Source: Antechinus flavipes (Eukaryota). Taken from it: a stretch of DNA of 64,000 nt. Location: the NCBI RefSeq assembly GCF_016432865.1, contig NC_067398.1, positions 342,426,001 through 342,490,000 of the forward strand, in the 5' to 3' direction. Positions 31,706 through 45,314 of the stretch are shown here, piece by piece (the stretch's first letter is position 1; the number at the start of each line of letters is the position of its first letter). The translations under genes were made by a program, and so were the position numbers. The notes beneath the pieces were generated by a model. It did no database searches. It was given only the letters and a program-made list of their open reading frames with translations, and was not told where the DNA came from.

Positions 31706-34383
31706 ATGGTGAGTTCATGCCTTCTCTACTTCTGTTCTTTGTGAGAGGTCACATCCATTTTTTTTCTGTGTACATAACACCATAGTGAAGAGGGACAAAA
31801 GAAGGGGGAGTGGTTGCTGAGGGGCCAAGTCCTTTGGCTCAGGAGACTAAATAGCACCTTTTTTAGGGGATGCTGCTAGCATCCTAAATAGAATAGTGAG
31901 GTATAGGCCCTATTCAATCCATTAAAAAGTTTCCAGATTCTTGTCTACCTCAGTCTCTCACCTTTTCCCCAAAAGACATCTGGGTTCTAGGCCTGGTCTG
32001 TCTCACAATCTGCCAAGTGATCTCTGGCAATTTATTTCCCTCTCTGAACTGATTTCATTCTCTGTGTTATATTAATATATTTCCTTTCTATGCCCTTCCT
32101 CCCTTTGCAGTAAGCCTATAGAAAAGGAAAAAGCATAATACTATAGTGTTCAGAATAAGTGGGATGTAGTCCTTAGGCAGCCAGGTGTTACAGGGGATAG
32201 GGTGCTGGGCCTAGAATTAGGGAGACCTGAGTTCAAATAACATTCTCACACCCTAGCTGTGTGAACCTGCCTATGTCATTTAACTGTTTGCCTCAGTTTC
32301 CTCACCTATAATTAGCTGGAGACAAATGGTAAACAGCTTCAGAAAATGGGATTTTAAAGAGTTGGATAGGGCTGAACAACATTTTAGGAGTCTGGATCTG
32401 ATGTTAAGAGAAGTTTTACTAATTTAATTGATGATCACTGCTAGTCTGTGTTTGAATGAATGGAGGGGTATATGAATGGTCTGGTCAGAGATGACAGGCT
32501 TCCAGAAAGGCAATGTGACCGTGACCTCAGTACTCAATCCTGGAGCATGTGATTTGAGCTTATCCAAGCCCCCTTAGTGCAAGATAACTAAAGAACAAGC
32601 CCTGAAAAGGGTTGGCCAGAAAATGGATATGTTTCAGTTTATCCCAATTACCTCTTAGTAGAGTTGTTTATTGGGTAAGTGCCTGCCTTTTAGTGAATTT
32701 ATTTAACATGTCTTCAAAGATTAGAGACTGAGTATTTAAGGGCTGGATTCCTTCTGGGAAAGGAGGGTGGGCTCTCTTGGACTGACATCAGACAACCAGC
32801 CTCCTGCTTGATGCCCCACTGGGAGAAGAGAGGTAGAAGAGAAAACTATCATCTCCTGGTCACTAATCCTATATCTTTGTTCTGTTTTTGCTTGGGGTGA
32901 ATTTCCAGAGTGGTGGGTATGATCTCAACCTCTTTGCCAGCCCCCCAGACTGTGCCTTGCTATGTTCTGTCTGCCATGGGGTGCTCAAGCGACCAGTGAA
33001 ACTGCCATGTGGTCATATCTTCTGCAAGAAATGTATCTTAACCTGGCTGGCAAGGTAGGATATGCAGTCTCAATCCCAACTCTGGGAATGAGTGTAGACA
33101 TTTTTACTTATAGGTTAAAAACAGGGCAAGAACTTATCTTTAAGTTCCCACTTCAAGAATTACACAAAAAATTCTCATTAGGAGGGATTCTCTTTACTCC
33201 AAACAATATCCTCCTCTCACTCCCTCCCTCAAATCCTAATCCATCATCCTTCACCCTCAGCTTCCCTTTGCTTTCAATATGGAGAGGAGAGACGAACTTG
33301 AGATGCTCCCTCAATGTATTTTCTGCTAGCTAATAAGCTACCACATTACAGAGGGTTAAGGTAACATATGTCCAGGTTACTTGTGGTGGATATGGACTAT
33401 TAACTGAAGAACATGCCTGAAAATCTGGTCCTGTTGACTCCTTATCTCTACCAGACAAAAGACATGTCCTTGCTGTCGGAAAGAAGTGAAGAGAAAACTG
33501 ATGGTCCAGGTACACAAACTGAGAAAAACCATTGGCCGCCTGCAAGTCAAGGTATGGCAGGACTCACAAAACAGATCAGGGAGCTGCTTCTCTGTCCCTT
33601 TTCAAGGGGCAGAGGAGGAGAACAAAACAGGTGCGGGTGTGGCAGAAACCATCCATACTGGGAGGGGGCTGGGGGAACAGATACAGAAAACCACTGCTTC
33701 CCGTGCAGCCTTTGGAAGCACATTGATTTGATCCAGGTGTCAGGAAAAGCTAATCATCAGTTAAGAAGTGGCTGGACTTGAATTTAAGCTACTCACTGAT
33801 CTTATTTTTTGCCTCTTGTCTTTTTTCTGATCACCGTGTTTCCCCTCCTTCTCTTGTCTTGCCTATTTCTCTCCCCTCCCCATCTCCACCTTTCTCTTCT
33901 CTGTCTTTATGTCCCTTTGCTGTCTCTGTGTCTGTACAGTGTAAGAATTCCCAGGCTGGCTGCTGTGTCACTTGTCCCCTGTCCCAGCGTAGGATCCACC
34001 TGGACTCCTGCCCTTTTGAGCTCACCCCCTGCCCTAATGCAGGCTGCATGGCCAGGGTGCAACGGGCAGCCTTGGGAGAACACGGCCGGAGCTGTGGGCA
34101 CAGCCAACAGCAGCGCTGCCCCCTCGGCTGCGGGGCCACACTCACAGCTGTTGAAAGGGAGAGCCACAATTGCTATCAGGAGCTCCGAGAGGCGTGGGGC
34201 CGCCGGAGAGCACAGGGTCGGGCCCTGGTCTCCCGCCTTCGACACCGAATGAGGCGGATCCACCGGGCCACAAGCCTCATCCGAAGGCAGCTGACCCGGC
34301 TGGAGACCTTCCTGGAAGAGGAGGAAGAAGAAAGCATGGATGTATCCAATAACAACACTGAGGCCACCAGGGCTGCTGTGTAA
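31706..34383 (+). CDS. RNF151: RING finger protein 151 (RING plus TRAF-type zinc finger), 229 aa
   Basis: Exons 31706-31708 (CAATCATG|GTGAGT, inferred), 32909-33054, 33455-33551, 33940-34383 = 690 nt. Translation [61 protein letters not shown]...[13 protein letters not shown]...[10 protein letters not shown]...HNCYQEL. AATAAA at 34500-34505. Confidence 0.95.
32176..32380 (+). mobile_element. Degenerate MAR1-like SINE in RNF151 intron 1
   Basis: tRNA-like head (GGCAGCCAGGTG...GAGACCTGAGTTCAAA), CORE (GCCTCAGTTTCCTCACCTAT) and a tail ending CTGAACAAC. Confidence 0.65.
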
Positions 34384-35899
34384 TGCCTGCCCAGCTGGAT
34401 GGATCAGGACTCCTGCCCAGATCCCCTCCCCTGGGGCTGACCTTCCCCAGGGAAAACTGGGGAAGACCAGGCTACTATGACTGTAAATAGAGAAGGATGA
34501 ATAAAAGTGGAGCCCAAGGGGTCCCAAGCCTTGTTCTTCAGCTTTGCCATAAGCCCTGTACCCCATTCCACACCCACAGGGCACTCCAAGTTATATTTCC
34601 CTCAAAGAATTCATCTTCTCTGAGAAAACTACTCTACCCTCATGTCCTGCAGCCTTGAGAAGTACTGTTCTTCCCAGGGAGCTGTCTATACTGCCCAGAG
34701 ATTTTAACAATAGTATTACCTATAGATGCCATTTACCATACTAGTTCAAGTTTTATTTGCTGCCACAAGCCTGACAATATGACAAACATGATCATCCCCA
34801 TTTTGCAGATGAAAAATTTTTCCCTTGATCACACGATTAACGTGTTGAAGCAGGGATTCAAATTTGGGTCTCATTTGTGGCTCAGTAGCCTGAAACATCT
34901 TTTCCTTCCTCCACTGACCTGTCTACATTGCTGAAAGTCTCTTATATGGTCTAGACATGATATATCCATCAAGCTCCAATACTGCTCTGGGGCATTGCCC
35001 TATCTACAACCTGTCCCCTAAACTTGTGTCTTATGCTACTTCCATATATTAGGATCTTCATGGCTGTCTTCATGCACCCTATTTTTGGTACCCTGATATA
35101 TACCCCTCTTCTACAAAGCCCCCAAATAAGGTCCCTAACAGCAGTGTTAACTGGACAGTGCAGATGACCTCCCAATTTAAAAATTTAACAATGGTATAGT
35201 AGTAAAGGTTAGGGTCATGGTGAGAGAGTTTGTGAGAGGTTTTAGTATGACATGACAGTGATTGAATTAAGTAGAACCAGGATTTAGGCTGGTTATGAAA
35301 GAAAAAGAATCTGACTTGTCAGCATTTGAAGTATTGCTACCCCATGTTTCAGAGCTGAGCTGGGAGATTGGGCACACCTCCTCCCCACCTACTCCCAGGA
35401 ACGCATAGCTGGCTTTCGGAGAAACATTGAGAATGGGGGGTCTGTTAAGAGTTTAAGGAGGAAAACATGTACAAGCTGGAACATATTCTGGGAAAAGGAG
35501 ACTAGTAAGTTAAAAAGACTTGAAACTGCCCCATGATACAGGATTTAACCCTTTTTGTTTCATTGACCATTTGGCAGCATGGTGAAGGTTATAATCTGTT
35601 TTTAAATGCATAAAATTCACCAGATTCCAATTCATATTGAAAATGGTTATCCCAATATTTTTAAGTTCATGGATGCTAGACTACAATTTGAAAAGTAGGC
35701 TTCTGAATCGAGTGGATCCGAACATTCTTCAGGTTATTTGCATAGCAAACACTGAAGAGGGATTAGATTTGTTCACAAAATGTAGAACCTAGGACCAGGG
35801 ACGGGAAGTTATAAGAACACAGATGATCTCGGGTTTATTTAAGGAGTAACTCCCTAAGAGGCCAGGCACTGCGCTAAGCAGCTGGCAGTATGTAGCTAA

Positions 35900-36900
35900 G
35901 AATTCACGCTCGGATCTTCCCGTGTCCAAATCCGACGCTGTAGCGCCCCCTAGCGGCGTAATGAGCTGAAGGTTCTGGGCCAGTGGAATCTCCGAGGTCC
36001 GGCCCGGAGAGGGAGAATGTGTAGTTTGTTTCTGCTAGGTTCGTAGCCCGTCTCCAATGTAAGGCTACTCCAACATCATAACCATCAAAGCTGCTCCATC
36101 TATACTGCCCCGAGAACCCTCCCATCCGTCATGCACGCACATCGCTGCCCACACAGCCTCCTTCTCCTGGCCCTGTCTATACCGCAGTATGGGGGCCAGG
36201 AAAGGGTATCTCGAAAGCAACCGCTCCCACCATTCACGAAATAACCTCCGCAAAAAACCGCCTCCGGTGACGCGACTCGGTGACGCCATCATGGCGCGCC
36301 GGAAGCAGGAGCCCCACGATTCGCTATTTTGCCGCACGTGCGAGCTCCGGCGTTCCGTCGCTGGGCAGCCGCAGGCGGGGCCAGGTCTGGGACCGGGACC
36401 GGCACCGGAATGGCGGAGACTGCCGGGACAGGCGCCCGCGGGTTGCGCTTCAAGAGCAAGTGAGGAGCCTATTAGGAACAAGCCAGGAAGGGTCTCTGAC
36501 GGAGCTTGGGGTTGAGCAGTGGGGAAGGGTGTCCAGGGGCAGAAGTCGGGGAGCCGGGGAGAAGGGGGGACGGCGAGGCCATCTCTCAGCGTGGCATTTC
36601 CTCTCCCCACAGCTACGTGGTACAGCGGCGAATCGAGCCTTTCTATAAAGGAGGCAAAGTCCAAGTATGAGCCCTGAGGCGGGGGGCGCGGGAGGGATGG
36701 CCCGGTGGGAGGCTGATCCTTTGGTAACTGAGGGGGCGGGGCCGAGGGTCCCCATTTCCCTCCTCACTCTCTTCTCCCTCCCCTGTCAGGCTTCCGGAGA
36801 TGGACAGCTCCTTTTCTGCGTCTGCGGCTCTGGCGTCAATGTTGTGGACGCCACTTCCGGGAACCTCGTGAGGACCCTGCAGCAGGTGAGTGCGAGTTCC
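35900..36900. promoter_or_regulatory. TBL3 CpG-island promoter (TGACG half-sites, YY1-like ATGGCG, ETS CCGGAA, E-box CACGTG)
   Basis: CpG-rich. GGTGACGC twice at about 36266-36286, CGCCATCATGGCG at 36284-36296, CCGGAAG at about 36299-36305, CACGTG at 36335-36340. Confidence 0.75.
35941..35957 (-). promoter_or_regulatory. Strong CTCF motif between RNF151 and TBL3
   Basis: Minus strand GCCGCTAGGGGGCGCTA matches the CTCF core CC(A/G)C(C/T)AG(A/G)GGGCGC. Confidence 0.7.
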
Positions 36901-39900
36901 GTAGAGTCCCCGATGGGGGATGGGGGAGATGCTGCTGGAGACCTTCCAGCTCTTCCTCTCAGTCTCATCTGTAAAAAGGGTAAAAATCTGTAAAGAGGGC
37001 AGCCCCACCTGCTTCACCGGTTGCTGTGGTGATCCAATGAGATAACATGTAAAGTGCTTTTCAAACCTGAAAATGCAATTTTTGTTATCACTTTAAAGTC
37101 ACGTCTAATTCAAAACCTCATGTGAGATTTTCTTGACAAAGATACTGGGGAGTGGTTTCCCATTTCCTTATGAGGAAGTGGAGGCAAACAGGGTTTCCTT
37201 GCCCAGAATCACATAATTAATATGTATCTGAGACTGGATAGGAACTCCGATTTTTCTAACTCCCGCCCGGCTCTCTATCCACTGCATCACCTCCCTGCCC
37301 AAGGTGATTAGCTATATTATAACATACACCCTTTTTTCTTCCTAAATCTCTCTTCAACTTGTGCCATATTCTCCTGTCTTTTTTTCCTCAGGAAGACCAA
37401 GAGACCATCACAACCTTTGATCTCAGCCCCAACAATGAGGTGCGTGTGGTGGGGAAGGGAGAGATAAAGGGGAATTGCTTCCAGGACCCCTGATCCTAAC
37501 CTCTATCTCTTTTCTTTACCAGATTTTAGTGACTGGGAGCCGTGCATTATTACTGACTCAGTGGGCCTGGCGGGAAGGCAATGTCACACGGGTTTGGAAG
37601 GCTATACACACAGCACCTGTGGCCTCCATGGCTTTTGACCCAACATCCACACTGTTGGCTACAGGTAACCAGTCAATAGACATTTACCCACCACTTGCTG
37701 TGATAAATATTGGAGACAGAAAGACAAAAGTCCTGTTTTCAAAGACTTTACAATCTAGCCAGGGAAGTCAGTATGTACAAATATGCAAAATAGATACAAG
37801 ATAATTTTGGAGAGCAGACACTAGCAGTTGGAGAGATCAGGAAAAGTTTCATGTAGAAGCCTTGAAAATACATAGGAATAAGTGAATTTGGGGCCTAGAA
37901 GGTAGCCAGTGCAAAAGCAAAGAAACAAGAGAGAGAAGAATGTGTCCTATTCAAGGAACAGCCAAAAATTTAGTTTAACTGTGCCATAGAGTTTGCCAAG
38001 GAGAGTAATGTAAAATAAAGGTAGAAAAGAGATTGAGGTTAGGTTGTGAAAGATTTAAAAAATGACAAATGGAAGTATTTATATTTGTTTCTTGAAGCCA
38101 TAGGAAATAACTGGAGTTGAAAGCATGATATCAAATCTGTACTTAAGAAAAATAATTTTGGAAGGTGAATAGAGGATAGGAGTGGGGAAAGAGCATGCCG
38201 AAAGAAATTAGTGGATTGTTGTAATAGTTGAAGGGGAAGTATGAGAATTCCTTGAGCTGGGTTAGGGGCTGCATAAGTTAGAGAAAAAGAGCATGAATGT
38301 CAGATGTTTTGTGGCGATAGAATGAATAAGATTTAGCAGTATTAGTATTAGAATACGGAGTTAAGGTGTACACTGAAGGGAAAAGTTGTAAAGGGCTGAA
38401 ACTCTTTGAGTTCATGCACTGAGGACGGACAAAGGAGCAGTTAAGGCTAATTACCTTGGATTGGACAATACTCTATTAGCATATGCTTGGAAAATGGCCC
38501 TTCTCATTATTCTGTGCTGATTCAATCTTTTGGTGTATACAGAGAATTATGGGAAGGATGAGGGGGTGGAGTAAGACAAGCCAGAGTCACTTGGGCAGTG
38601 GAGGTGGAAAAGAAAGGTCTGTGGAGATCCTGTGTCCATTCCTTTCACTTCTACCCCTAAAGACTAAGAATAAAAACCAAGGACTTTTGCTTATCCTGAC
38701 TCTGGCTGATTCTAAGGTATCCAGGGTGCTAACTCAGTCTTCACAAAAAGTGGTGGAACCTTTAGCCAAAACAGGGAAATTCAGAAGAGGTAAAAACAGG
38801 ATAAGATTATTAGTTCTTTTTTGGCCTTAATGAATTTAAAGTACCCACTGATACTTTAGTTTTAACTAGTTTAACAGTTTGAAATGTCTCATAGAAAGAC
38901 AACTGGTAATATGTTGTCAGCCTCAGAAGAGAATAGAGAGCTGCACAGGTAGATCTTAGTATGTAGCAGAGAAATGATCCGAGTGCTCATTAAGTGGTCA
39001 CTACAAGAAAAGATTCCAGGTTGTAAATTAGAGTCTTGGAGAATATTCACCATCATGGGATGTGGTATAGATGAAGGGGAAGGGAAGGGTTTTGCTGAAG
39101 AAAATAGGAAGGGCTGACATCAAAAATATTTAAAAGATGAGGTTGACCTTGGTGGGGGTAGGGAGGACGTCTGCCTTTTCATCAGAAGAGAGTGGGGAGG
39201 GGCAGCTAAGTGACAAATTGGATAGAGCACCTGCTCTGTAATCAGGCATCTAAATTCAAACCCATCTTCAGATAATTGACACTAGCTGTGTGGAGTAAGT
39301 CGCTTAATTCCAATTAATTCTCCAAAAAAGAGAGAGAGAATGAGGGTTAATATCAAAAGGTTATGAAAAAGAGAAGTTGATATCCTTAAGTGTCAAGATT
39401 GGGGGAGTGGGAGGGAAGTATAGGAGGCTTACAGGAAAGAAGTTTGGAAGAGCCTAGGGAGTGGAGCAGAGAATTCATTAGAGAAGAGTACAAGGATCAC
39501 CTTGTTAAAATAAAGTCACAATTGAGATATGATAGCAAATTTGAACTGGACCATGTCCAGGAGTTATGGGATTCTCTAGGGCCATTCCCCAGAATAAGAA
39601 TGGAGAAAGGGAATGATGGAAGTTATCCATGATCAGGGATTAATAAGACTTGAATGCCAATAAAACAATATGTATCCCCAAAAAGTTTGGAGGGGGAATT
39701 TCAAACTTCTTCATCTCTTTTCATTTTGTCCCCCAACCCCATATTGCTCTCTTTTTCTCCGTAGGTGGCTGTGATGGAGCAGTGCGTGTCTGGGACTTGG
39801 AACGAAGATATGGTACCCACAACCTACGTGGCTCCCCTGGAGTTGTCCAGTAAGTCCTGGGTTCAACCCATTTTACAGATGGGGTCATCAAACCTGGGAA

Positions 39901-42900
39901 CTGGGGGAATTGAGTCTGAGAGCCAAAGTTGTGACTTCTGTCTGATCCTCCCCAGCCTTGTGGCCTTTCATCCAGACCCCAAACAGCTCCTGCTCTTCTC
40001 TTCTGCCATGGACTGCACGATTCGTGTCTGGGGTCTTCAGACTGGAACCTGCCTGACCATGCTAAGCAGCCACTACAGCACAGTCACTTCACTGGCCTTC
40101 AGCAGTGATGGCCACACCATGGTCAGGTCAGTGGCTCAGGAAGAACCTTATATCTGCATCTGGGGTTTGGTAAGAGGAAGTCCCTTTTCCTGGACATAGA
40201 GAAAGGGATGGGTACTGAGTGTGTTCAGACATTGACTGGGCTCTCCTATTCTCCTGTTAGCTCTGGCCGGGACAAGATCTGTACTGTGTGGGACTTGAAG
40301 ACTCAGAAATCAGTGAAGACAGTCCCTGTTTTTGAGGTGGGTCTGGGTGTCAGGAGGGGAAGAGACACATCGGATCAGGCCCAGAGTGACTGATTCTCCT
40401 GATCCTCTTTCTCAGAGTGTGGAGTCTGTGGTGCTGCTTCCAAAAGGGGAGGCCCCTGCCCTGGGTGTGAACACCTCGGGGCTGCACTTCCTCACAGCTG
40501 GAGAGCGGGGTGAGTAGGGGTTCCTGGTGGGGTGGGCCTCGTGCATGGCCCAGTTTTGGGGGTGCCCTGGTTTCATCTCCATGGTGCTGCAGCTGTTCCC
40601 AGTTCTCCGTCTCTGATCTGTTTCTCTCCATGTCTGAAGTATCCCCTTTGTGTGTGTCTGGTCTAGGAGTGCTCCGGGTCTGGGAGGCTGAGTCTGGGAA
40701 CTGTGTGCACACCCAGAAGCCTGTTGTCGGTGAAGGCGGCCCTGGGCGGGAGGTCACGCACTGCTCCCTGATCCCAGCTGCCGGGCTGGTCATGGCTGTC
40801 ACGGCCGAGCACAACATCCTCCTCTATGAGGCCCACACCCTTCACCTTCACAAACAGGTGGGTCTTGCCGACCTTCATGTCAGAGGCAGGGAGGGGGCAG
40901 GGGGCAGCATCCCTGCATTCATTTGCTTCTCTCCCTGCCCAGTTTGCTGGCTATAACGAGGATGTGTTGGATGTGAGGTTCCTAGGCCCTGAAGATTCCC
41001 ACATCGTTGTTGCCACAAATAGCCCTCGACTGAAAGTGTTTGAGTTGGAAACATCTGATTGCCAGATCCTTTGTGGGCACACGGGTAAGCCCTGACCTCC
41101 CTTAGTGTTTCTGAGCCACCTTGGACCCTCTCGTTTCCTCTGATGATCCCGGATTTGGGGGGCCAAGTCATTTCCTCTTTGTTAGCCTCAATTTCCTTAT
41201 ATGTAAAATTAAGTGGGTGAATTAGATCCATTAGGTCCTAGACCATTATGTGTGAGCCTCTGATCTTCAGCTTCTTTTCTCCCCACAGACATAATCATGG
41301 CTTTGGATGTTTTCCGGAAAGGCCGGCTGTTTGCCAGCTGTGCCAAGGTGAGGACTGCCAGGGAGATGGGGAGGAAGGAGATGGACCACATTTCACCATA
41401 TTAACTGTTGTTCACTCCCTCCACTTCCTCCATCCCAGGACCAGACTGTGCGCATATGGAAAATGAATGTCAGTGGGAAGGTGCATTGCGTAGCCCATGG
41501 CTCTGGCCACACCCATGGCATCGGCACCATCAGCTGCTCCAGGTATTGCACATGAGCCCAGGACCCGCTTAGATCAGGCCTAGAAAGGGAAGCTCAGCTC
41601 ATCTTGCTTCATCATGAGTGCCCCCCTCCCCTCCCTCTCCATGTACAGAGAGTTCTCAGTCTGAAAAAAGACTGAAAATAAAAAAGGCTTACCCTGAACC
41701 TCTCCTTTAGAAGCTCATCATGTGAGAAGACAGAATGAAACAGCAAATAGACAGTGCTTCTGCCCTCAGCTCAGTGCTGAGAGGAAGACAGGACTTAGAC
41801 ACAGGAGAATGAGAAAATGGGGCACAAACAAAGTCTGAAGGTGTGTGACTTGGGCTCTGAGAGACAGGGACTCCAGCAGAAAGCTGCTGTGGGCTGGTGC
41901 CGTTGGGAGCGAAGGGGTTCGGGCTGGCTTTGGAAAGACAGATGAAGAGGAAGAGAATGAAGGAGTTTATTAATGTCTTAGAAAAGAAAAAAATGATTCA
42001 AACAAAGGTATGGAACCAGAAAAATGCCAAGTATTCAGAAATAACGAGTCGTCCAACTGGACTAGAAGGCACTTGAAGTAGAGGCTTCATATAAAAAGAG
42101 ATGGATTGAGGCCAGACTGAGTTAGAATAGAGAGCTAGGTTGGGACTCGGCAATACCTGAATTCAGATCCTGTCTCAGACACTTGCCAGCTCCGTAATCT
42201 TTATGAAATCATTCATCTCTATCCCTCAATGTTCTGTAAAATAGGGATAATATTAGCACTTATGTCCCAGAGTGGTCATGAGGCTAAAATGAGATGATGT
42301 CTGTAAAATACTTTATAAATCTTAAAGCACTGTATAAAAGTTGTTACTGTTGTTGTACCCACTTCCCTCAGAGCAGTGTAAGGTAAAGGTAGGGACAGGG
42401 CTTAGGAGCCTGTTACAGTCCTGCTTCTAGTCAAGATTACATGACCTGGGTTAGGGTAAAGGCTGTGGGAATGGAGAGGAGGCTACAGAGGCAGAAGGCA
42501 TCATGATTTGTGCTTCTTTGCTCTCCTGATGTCAGGCTGAAGGAGGCCTTCCTGGTGACGGGGAGCCAGGACTGTACAGTAAAGCTCTGGCCCCTTCCTG
42601 AGGCCGTGACATCCAAGAAAATGACCCGAGACCCCAGCTGTGATCCTATTCCCCTCCAGGCTCAGGCCACCCAGCGGGCCCATGACAAGGTAACACCAGA
42701 TGGGAGTCTGCGTCCTGGGGACTGGGAAGAGCCACCGTCTCTGCCCCAGCCCCAAGCCCCCTTCTTCTCTCTCTAGGACATCAACAGTGTGGCCATATCT
42801 CCAAATGATAAACTGTTGGCATCAGGGTCCCAGGACCGAACAGCCAAGCTGTGGTCCCTGCCTGACTTCTCCCTGCTGGGAGTCTTCTCAGGTCACCGGC

Positions 42901-44507
42901 GAGGCGTGTGGTGTGTTCAGTTCTCCCCCATGGACCAGGTGCTGGCAACAGCCTCCGCCGATGGCTCCTTGAAGCTTTGGAGTCTGCAGGACTTCAGTTG
43001 TCTCAAGGTAATACTCCTCAGCCCAAACCCTTCAGGCGTCCGGAGTGGGTGAAGCTGGGCCTGTGCCGCGGCTCTGCTCCATGTCCCCTTCCCTCTGTGT
43101 CATCCCCAGACGTTCGAGGGTCATGATGCGTCTGTGCTGCGGGTGACTTTCGTGAGCCGAGGGACGCAGTTGCTGTCCAGGTGAGTTGGGACGGAGGGCC
43201 GGGCTGGGCTCCTGCTCAGGGAGCTCTGACCGGGGCTCTGATGCCGCTTCCTCGCTGCAGCGGCTCCGATGGCCTGCTCAAACTCTGGACTATCAAGACC
43301 AACGAGTGTGTGCGGACGCTGGATGGGCATGAGGACAAGGTGTGGGGGCTGCATTGCAACCGGCAGGATGAGGAGGTGGTGACCGGAGCCAGTGATGCCC
43401 GGATCCTGCTCTGGAAGGTGGGTGAGAGCCTGGCTTTCTGCGATCGGGCCCGGGGGGAGGGGTAATCTCTCCTTGGCCTCTTCCCTGGGCTGAATGACTC
43501 TGTTTCCAGGATGTGACCGAGACAGAGCAGGCAGAAGAGCAGGCCAGGCAGGAGGAACAGATCCTGAAGTAAGTCCCAAGGGTGATAAAGGCAGCCATCC
43601 CAGAGCCTAACTGGCCTCTCATCCCCTCCTTCCTCCACCCTTGCCCTCCCCCCAGCCCTTCCCACTGATTCTCTATCTCTCCCCAGGCAGCAGGAGCTCT
43701 CTAACCTTCTCCAAGAGAAGCAGTACCTTCGGGCTCTGGGCCTGGCTATCTCTCTGGACAGGCCACATACTGTGCTAACAGTTGTCAAAGGTCAGTGACT
43801 TCAAAGGGCTGGAAAGTCCCAGAAGGGAAGGGGAAGGCAGTGGCTTGGGGAGTGATTGAGGTTGAGGTAGATGTCAATCCCCAGCTTTTTCTTTTCCTGG
43901 ACTTGCCCTCCCTGCCCAACATAGCCATCTTGAAGGACACTGAGGGTCCTAAGAAGCTGGAGGAAAAGGTGCTAAGGCTCCGGAAGGACCAGAAAGGTCA
44001 GTGCTCATCAGCCCCGAGCCCAGCAGGGCCTTTGAGGGGTGGGGAGAGGGGGAGGAGAAACTGAGCTGGTCCCTGACCTCTTCCCTGGCCTGTTCTCAGA
44101 GGCCCTGTTGAGATACTCAGTCACGTGGAACACAAATTCTCGCCATTGCCACGAAGCACAAGCTGTGCTGGGTGTGCTGTTACGGCATGAGAACCCTGAA
44201 GAGCTGCTGGCCTATGAGGGAGTCCAGGCTGCCTTAGAGGCACTGCTGCCCTACACTGGTGAGTGACTGGGGCACTGCACTGGGGAATGGCTTTTGTGGA
44301 GAGGGAGGTGCTCAGTCTGCAGCCTGTCAGTGCATGATGTAGGGGCAAAATCTGTCCTCAACTCTCTCTCCTTCTCTTCCTCCCTCCTCAGAGCGACACT
44401 TCCAGCGGATCAGCCGGACACTGCAAGCTGCCATGTTCTTGGACTTTCTATGGCAGACTATGAAGCTCCCTGAGACCTCAGCTTCCCCTGCCCTACAACC
44501 TTTGTAA
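36410..44507 (+). CDS. TBL3: Transducin beta-like 3 (UTP13, WD40 SSU processome subunit), 810 aa
   Basis: 22 exons: 36410-36459, 36613-36664, 36790-36885, 37392-37439, 37523-37664, 39765-39849, 39956-40126, 40261-40336, 40416-40509, 40667-40857, 40943-41084, 41289-41347, 41439-41542, 42536-42689, 42777-43007, 43110-43180, 43261-43417, 43510-43568, 43687-43790, 43925-43996, 44100-44258, 44392-44507 = 2433 nt in frame. WD repeats (SGSQDRTAKLW, SADGSLKLW, GHEDKVW) and the Utp13 C-terminus (TWNTNSRHCHEAQAVL) are present. Confidence 0.97.
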
Positions 44508-45308
44508 CATTTTGTATAAAATTTAGTCAAACCTCACAAAGATTTCCCTTATCTGGGACTCAATGCTTCCTTGCCTGATCAAAAGGGTCAACTTCACAAA
44601 CCTTCCCAAGTATATCCACAGGATTCATCTCCTGGATGGCCCTGAAACATGGGCCAGACTTGGGGACAGAGCTCCTTGAACCCCTTGAGTTGTATGGGGT
44701 GGTATAGGGATGTGTGTCTGCCTGTTTTCTTCATTTTGTGCGTCTCAGAATACAAGCTATGTTTTGGGGGAGATAAAGGCAAGAACCTGGGTCTGTTCAA
44801 GAGAATTCACAACCGGGAGAAGGGTGAGAATGTCAGTGGGTAGGTCATTCTGTTTGGAGTCGGAGTATTTCCTGGGTGATCTTCAACTCTGTGCTCCCTT
44901 TTACAAAAAACGAGGTTAGGCTAGATGGTGTCTGCTCTAAATCTATAATCCAGGCCCTTCCCTCAGGGAATGCATGCTCTGGGTGGAACACTGGACAGAA
45001 AGCAGCCTGAGTGTGCCAAGATCTGAGAGAGAGAGAGAAACACACACATCATGGGTCTGAGTTAGCTGGAAGGGGGACCCAAGAGACCATCCAATACCGT
45101 CCTCATAAATGGCTTGACTGAGGTTGTAAGGGCAGAAGATTGTAAGAGTAAGATTTGAATTCGGCTCTTTTTCGGTGATGCTTTGACCATAAACCATGAC
45201 GAAGTAAGTGGATGCAATGTCACCCCGGGCAGAAATAAAGTTGGGGGCTGGGGTTTTGATGTGGGGAAGAGAGAAGGCAGGCAGACTCTTGATCAGCCAC
45301 TAGAAAGA

Positions 45309-45314
45309 TTTATT
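45309..45314 (-). terminator. NOXO1 polyadenylation signal AATAAA
   Basis: TTTATT on the + strand, about 140 nt past the NOXO1 stop codon. Confidence 0.7.

Noticed and set aside
33907-34584. 225-aa minus-strand ORF
   Set aside because: Antisense to RNF151 exon 4; stop codons are scarce in GC-rich sequence and there is no recognisable domain.
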